A stretch of 64,000 bases of DNA from Centroscyllium fabricii (taxonomy: Eukaryota), in NCBI GenBank assembly GCA_051313645.2, contig JBNRSN020000028.1, positions 15,066,001 to 15,130,000 of the forward strand, read 5' to 3'. Both the position numbers and the translations under genes were made by a program. Below, in pieces: positions 58,067-64,000 of the stretch (positions are counted from its first letter, which is position 1; the number at the start of each line of letters is the position of its first letter). Below the pieces are notes generated by a model, which saw nothing but the letters and a program-made list of their open reading frames with translations, had not been told where the DNA came from and searched no databases.

Positions 58067-60479
58067 TCCCTCTGTTTCCAGTCCCGGAACAGCGGCAGCA
58101 ATCTGTCCAAACACACAGGGCAGGCCAGGCGGGGCAGAGCGAGAGCAGCGAGCGGAAGCTGTGGGCGAGGCTGCCGCAGGCAGTGTGACCGCAAGATCCG
58201 TCTCCATAGTTTCCAGTTCACAGCGGGTTTGATCAGAGGTACTGACAGTCACAGAATAAAGTATCGGCCGGTGGAGCCGTCACTCACTGAGTGCATTCCT
58301 TGTCTGAGGAAAACCTCAGCATTGCTTAATTGTGGGATTATATTCACCGGGGCCGAATCTGTCACACTGAGTGTTTATTTGATTCTGGTGTGCGACGATT
58401 CATCGACAACATTAACTTCATTCTCCTGTAACATTCGCGTTTACACCGAGGTGTCCACACTGTGGTTGAGATTTCCTCTGGTCGCTATTTCTAACTATAT
58501 AGTGAACGTATTCTAAAAGAATCAGATTGTGATTTCATTAAAACACCTTTCAGAGGAGAATTCCACAGAGAGACCAGAGAAAATCTTCCCCTGGTGTGAC
58601 CCCAGCAGAAGGTTAATCAAACCCGACCCCCGTCAACCACCTCAGTCTGATTACTGACAGTGAGTGAAATAAAATGAAGATCTTTATCTACATTAATTTC
58701 GATGTAATATCTCACCGCCATCAGCCGACTGTGTGGCAATCGCTCAGAGGGGATTATGAGCCTTGCCCTAAACATCAGATGAATCAGTTAGATTAAAGTC
58801 TGCCTGAAACTAACAGGAGGCGCGGAAATTAATCACACGGGGAGGGAAATGGCGGTTGTTCGCAGTCAACCTCCTTTCCCCTCTGGTTCACAACAACACG
58901 TGTCGAGTAAGCAGGAGACTCGGTCATGGAGAACACGGAACAGACCTTATTGATGCTCAGGAAAGGTGACCAGCCTTTAATTCTATACACACACTGGCTG
59001 TTTCGGTTCAGTATCTTTCGAGAACACGCGGAAATACTGTAGATAACCTCGATCCTTTATACACCATGTTTGACAACATCAATGGAAAATGTCATAGATA
59101 AGCCTAGATGACGTATCTCAGTTTGAAAACCCTTTGAAAACAGAATATTGATATAAAAAGTTTGCAATTGTTTACCTCAGAATGACTCCCCCTGCACGAC
59201 ACTTCCTGACGGTAACAGTTACTAGTATCTCTGAAGTAACAGCTTCACCAACTGCCCCCTGTAGCTAATGGATCACAACTAACCATGTTTACTACCCTGA
59301 AACTAAACCACTCGTGGGTGACGTCATTACTATCACTTATTCCCTGACACAAGCACTTCACATCTCAGGAAACAAGCACTGCATTCTTTCTACGACACTT
59401 CAAATTTATCCTGTTCATTTCTTTGAAAGCCTGGAAACGTTAATACCAGATACAAGTTCGACTGGTAACCCGTAAATTACCAAGATGTCCAACACACATC
59501 TCTCCAGAATGTCCAACAGTGGTTACTGACACGGGAGAAACTCCTCACTCGGGTTACAATCTTGTCTCTCTGAGTGTATCGTGCATTCCATATTTTAATA
59601 TATAAGGTATTTTATTCAAACTGTAGCTTTACAAAACTACCAAAAATGTCACTTAGCAGTTGCTTTAAGATTTGCAGTTTAAGAAAGTCATTCATGAGCG
59701 TGGCGGAGAGAGATTGTGACGATGAAAACAAGACCGTACAAGAGGGAAGGGGTATTTTACTGAACACCAGGAACACAACACAAATATAAACAGGATTAAA
59801 ATGTTGGTGGTTTTTCAACATATCATGAATAACAGGGGACTGATTGTGGAGGAAGCAGCGAGAAACATATGAGCACGGCGCACTCTGGCGGATATAATGT
59901 GAAGTTTTATAATTTTTCGATCCTGGGTGAAAACAGACAATGTGTCGATGGGGAAGTTTCCAGTGCTCATTTATAGCGAGACGTCTTGCGGTGATGCTGA
60001 CGGCCAATGTAGAGCCTTTTACATCAACAATACAGCGACAGAAACATTAATCAGATGAATTCGAGCTCGGAAACTGACAGCTTGCGCACGCATATTTAAC
60101 TCTTTCTGATCTGCAAAATAAACAACTCACAACCCGCTTTCACATCAACCTACTTTCATTTCAGTTCAGTTCTACTGGTGCCAGATGCTCGTGACCATTG
60201 AGCACAGGCTCCAAACAGTCTGTATGTTTTTCCTCCTGCATTACCCGGTGTCCAGTGATTCCTTTCTCTGTATCTCTGCACTGTGGGAATCTTGATACAA
60301 ACTGGGCCCCTGCTCAGGAGAAACAAGCAACCGAGGACCCAACAGACCGCTGTCCGTCTGTCTCTCAGTCATCAGCCTGGTTACCACCATGAAATCCTTT
60401 GATTCATCTATATATAATATTACTAAAGATAAATATGTTTAGTAATGAAAAGTTTAAGGTCTAATCAACAAATACCAGC

Positions 60480-60872
60480 TATCAGCCGTGGCTCAGTTTG
60501 TAGAACTGTCGCCTCTGAGTCAGGAGGTTGTGGGTTCAAATCCCACTCCACAGACTTGAGCACAAAGTGCTCGGCCCATCCTCCCGATGTCAGTACTGAG
60601 GGAGTGCTGCACCCTCGGAGGAGTCACCTTTCGGACGGGTTGTTAACGTGAGGCCCTGTCTGCCCTCTCAAACGGACCTAATAGATCCCAATATTTCCAA
60701 AGGAGTTCTCCTGGTGTCCTGGCCAATCATAATCTCTCGATCGACGTCAGCAAACATATTATCTAGGCATTATGACGTCACTGTGTGTGTGATGCTGCTG
60801 GGCCGCGACTGATGTTCCAAAGTATTTCATTGGCTGTTAAGCAATTGGGGTCGTCGTGAAAGGCGCTCTATC
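60480..60872 (+). mobile_element. tRNA-headed Deu-domain SINE
   Basis: TCAGCCGTGGCTCAGTT...GGGTTCAAATCCC head and AGATCCCA...GGTGTCCTGGCCAAT core. Confidence 0.75.
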
Positions 60873-61063
60873 AATTCTCTTTATTACTTACTTTGCTCGT
60901 GTAACAGCGTTTGTAAGTTTTATTATATATTAATTGTTAATAAAAGGAAATGCGTGTTAGAATTAACAGTAGAAAGGTTAACCATCAATACAGGGACCAG
61001 TTCAGACCCGTCCCTGATCACAATGTTCCCCTGACGCGCTGATCTGTTGAGCGAGGCTCTGAC

Positions 61064-61545
61064 AGTTTTTGTACAGGTCCAGCCCAGCTCCGTGTCTCTG
61101 TGGGGCTCAGTGCGCAGTAATACACCGCGGAGTCTGTCAGTTGTGTTTCAGACACATTCAGCGGGACAGTTCGGCTCGAATCATTGAGCTTCGCTGAGAA
61201 ACGGTTCCCTGAAATTCTTCCTTCGTTGTTGCTGTATCTGGTTCTCTGCAGCAGATACTCTATGGATCCGCTGGGATACTGACGGTACCAGAATAGTTCA
61301 GGATTGCCGGTGCTTGTAGCTGTATAATTACAGTGCAACTGGACATCGTCTCCTTCACTTAATGTGGTTGCAGCCGGTGTCTGTGAAACGGAGTCTCCTC
61401 GACAATGTCCTGCAAGAGCCCAGAGCGATGTTAAATTAAACAATGTCACTTCACCGTGTCTATCCCCCAGAATCAGCCCGTCACCCCAAACACTTACCTG
61501 AGAAGTAAACCCGGGCAGTTCAACAGAAATACAATTCCCCACAGC
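61064..61545 (-). CDS. TCR V segment with intact V exon (61409-61103) and 23-RSS but defective leader
   Basis: GHCRGDSVSQTPAATTLSEGDDVQLHCNYTATSTGNPELFWYRQYP...TDSAVYYCALS; RSS CACAGAG-23-ACAAAAACT; donor GTAAGT at 61497, but the hydrophobic leader (LWGIVFLL) has no in-frame ATG and is out of phase. Confidence 0.85.
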
Positions 61546-61963
61546 TCAGGGGCTGCAACGGAACCGTGTTTGCATCGACTGAATAAACCTGCCTTTAATG
61601 AACCCTCTGCACCTTCCAACGGGATCAGTTCCTCATCTTCACCTCTTGAGATTTGAAGGGAAATCTCCTACCGGTCTGTGGGTTTAAGATGCGTGTGTCT
61701 GTAATTGTCCACCATTGACCCCGCGGGGCGGAGCGGGTCTGTCTGCCATTCACCTGTAATCTCACCTCAACTCTTCCGCCTTCATTCACTGAGCAGTTTG
61801 TCGAGTTTGCCCAAACCGTGTTCAGTGTTGAGTCAATGTGGATCCAGATGGTTTTCTTCACTTCGGACCAACCTATATTCTTGTGTTCAGGGAACTGATT
61901 GATTCAATAAAATGTACAGGATACAGATGTAAAACACAGTGTTGTGTAACTTGTGAACTTACC

Positions 61964-62006
61964 GGTTAAGAGAGCTGCAGATAAATAGAAAATAGCACCC
62001 AACATA
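61964..62006 (-). pseudogene. Orphan V leader exon
   Basis: MLGAIFYLSAALLT + GTAAG; paralog of the 22827-22776 leader; no V exon follows directly. Confidence 0.7.
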
Positions 62007-62420
62007 TTAGCGGAGAGTTGATGGTGGATATGAACAGAAGGTTTGAAGCTGAAATTGTCTCATCAACAATTGGGAAGATGTTGAGTAATATCCGGTCTCT
62101 CTGCCGATTGGTGCGTTCCCGATAGAGTCAGCAGCTGAAATCCAATCAGCTCTTGGCCCTTTGTTGTTCAATTCATCCAATCAATTTGTAGCTCCTTTGT
62201 TTTCAATTCAGCCAATCAGCTCACAGTTCCTTTGTTCGCCAATTCATGACGTCAGAGCGGGGAGCCGAACACGGAGTGAAATTGCTCTTCAGAACTGGAC
62301 GGAGATGGAACCCAATGTTCGCCCTTTAGCAGCGTCAGTCTGTGAGGTGAGAGCGGTGAAGGGCAGTGGTTAATGTTATTCTGGTATCAGAGCCGGAGAC
62401 TCCCATCAAAACCACACACC

Positions 62421-62460
62421 ATGCGCTCCCCATGATTCTGCTGGTCGTGCTGCCCGGTGA
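62421..62460 (+). pseudogene. Orphan decayed V leader exon
   Basis: CACCATGCGCTCCCCATGATTCTGCTGGTCGTGCTGCCCG-GTGAG, paralog of the 63269-63224 leader with a stop and deletion; no V exon follows. Confidence 0.65.
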
Positions 62461-62799
62461 GGCTACGTTTTAAGGATCGTATGTATTTCATCCAGGTAAA
62501 CATCCTCTGTACCGTCTCCAGGGCCTTGACATACTTCCTAAGGTGTGAGCCCAGAATTGTACACAATAGGGAAATGGCAAAAGGGGAGTTAAGGTGCCAT
62601 AGACATAATTTGTGAAGTTCATTTTTATTATCAATACGAGTTTATAACACCGAAATATTCCGCCAGGAGTCCTGACCTGTAATTATTGAGGGTTGTGTTG
62701 TGTTTCTGTTTTAAGAGGGTCCCAGTGAAGGCTGAATGGTCGCTGCTGTTTCTCAGTGTGAGCGCCTTCTGGTGAGCACTGACTGGAACTCTCAGTCTG

Positions 62800-62837
62800 G
62801 GTTTTTGTCCGGGATCCGCTGTAACTGCAGCAGTGTG
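62800..62837 (-). other. RSS with 22-nt spacer
   Basis: CACACTG - 22 nt - ACAAAAACC on the minus strand. Confidence 0.92.
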
Positions 62838-63269
62838 GGGCTCATAGCACAGAAATACACGGCGCTGTCCACCACAAGAACACTGGTGATATTTAAAGGA
62901 ACCGTTTTATTTCCTTTGTGCAAAAGAGCAGAGAACCTGTCTGGTAAATCTGGAGACTGGTCTCCTGACCCCGAGCTGTATTTCTTCAGTAAATATCTCG
63001 GAGCTTCCCCGGGATACTGAATGTACCAGAACAGATTTGAATTGGTTTCCGAATAACTGCAGTTCAGTATTACGGTCTGTCCCTCCTGAACCGTTAACTC
63101 AGCCGGATCCTGGGACACGGATTCTTTGCCACTCGTTCCTGTAACAAAACACAGAATGTGTCAAGAGTCTGGGAGTGAGGAGAACCCTTGGAACACACAC
63201 TGACCCTTTAAACATAGACTCACCGGGCAGCACGGCCATTATTATCAGTAAGAAACACGGGGAGCACAT
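62838..63269 (-). CDS. Apparently functional TCR alpha/delta V segment (leader 63269-63224, V exon 63138-62838)
   Basis: Leader MCSPCFLLIIMAVLP + GTGAGT; acceptor TTACAG; open exon GTSGKESVSQDPAELTVQEGQTVILNCSYSETNSNLFWYIQYPGEAPRYLLK...DSAVYFCAMS. Confidence 0.95.
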
Positions 63270-64000
63270 GGTGTCTGGGTTAGATTTAGACACAAAACAG
63301 CAGATCGGTTTAAATATGTTAACCCTTCTGTTCTTATATAACAGAGTAAACTCAGATCAGGGGCAGAACTCACTTATTGGGAGACTGAGGGGCGTTTCCC
63401 AGGGCCAGGATTGGCTGGTCTCTGAGAACTGACACCCGCTATGAACCAATCAGAGTGAGTCGTGGATCAATTACCGAGGCCTCCCCAAAATTCTATTCCA
63501 AGTCTCGCTCTGTGAGTGTCTATCTCGCTCTGTCTGTCTGTCTGCAGGTCTCTGTCTCTCTGTCTGCAGGTCTCTGTCTGTCTGTTTCTCTCTCTCTCCT
63601 TCTGTCTCGGTGTCACTCGCTGTTTAATTTGGTGTCGTTCTGTCTCTGTGTCTCTCTCTCTCTCTCAGTAAGGTGTAAAGTGAAATATAATTTAAACGAG
63701 TCTCCATCACCGAGTTCTCTCTACAACGAATGAACTTGATTGCTCGGCATAACCTCAAGACTAAGCGGGATATGATAAGTGGACAGCCCTCGGCACCTGC
63801 GAGAGAGCTTTTCAAATATGAACTTCAGGATTTGTACCACTTCCAGGACTTTTACTTGTAGCAAATGATCCTGTTATTCATCCCAGAAATCTGAAGGTCT
63901 GTGCTAAGTTTGGGGTGGAAATATCTGAATTTTACCCTGTGTTAAAATGGTTGAGAAATTTCTATGATCCCAAGACTGACAGCACTGACATAATTGGAGA

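Noticed and set aside
59290-60010. CRE (TGACGTCA ~59319) followed by a V-like stretch KTVQEGRGILLN
   Set aside because: Could be an ancient V remnant, but Cys, Trp motif, splice sites and RSS cannot be identified.

Overview
This is vertebrate genomic DNA, almost certainly from a cartilaginous fish (shark-type CR1 LINEs, HE1-like and Deu-domain SINEs, Penelope hairpin). The window is part of a T-cell receptor alpha/delta-type variable (V) segment cluster. It holds about 16 V segments or fragments with the layout leader exon - short phase-1 intron - V exon - 22/23-spacer RSS, on both strands. Three look intact (27.9-28.4 kb +, 37.7-38.2 kb +, 62.8-63.3 kb -). Two have open V exons with a defect (56.5 kb lacks the first Cys; 61.1 kb has a broken leader). 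The rest are pseudogenes. No D, J or C exon was recognised. Two large tandem arrays fill about a third of the window, and both appear to have grown in place from local sequence. The ~16.3-kb 54/55-bp satellite has a unit that is a V-exon splice acceptor plus the first codons of the V pseudogene it runs into. The ~5.9-kb 51-bp minisatellite has a unit that is 17 codons of the CR1 reverse transcriptase it interrupts. Other notable items are an orphan RSS cut at the heptamer edge and fused to a retroelement tail, CTCF-like motifs just beyond the RSS of one V family, a duplicated head-to-head promoter module, inverted hammerhead-ribozyme motifs and a decayed tRNA-Leu. Coordinates were read by eye; repeat boundaries are approximate and V family names cannot be assigned without a database.
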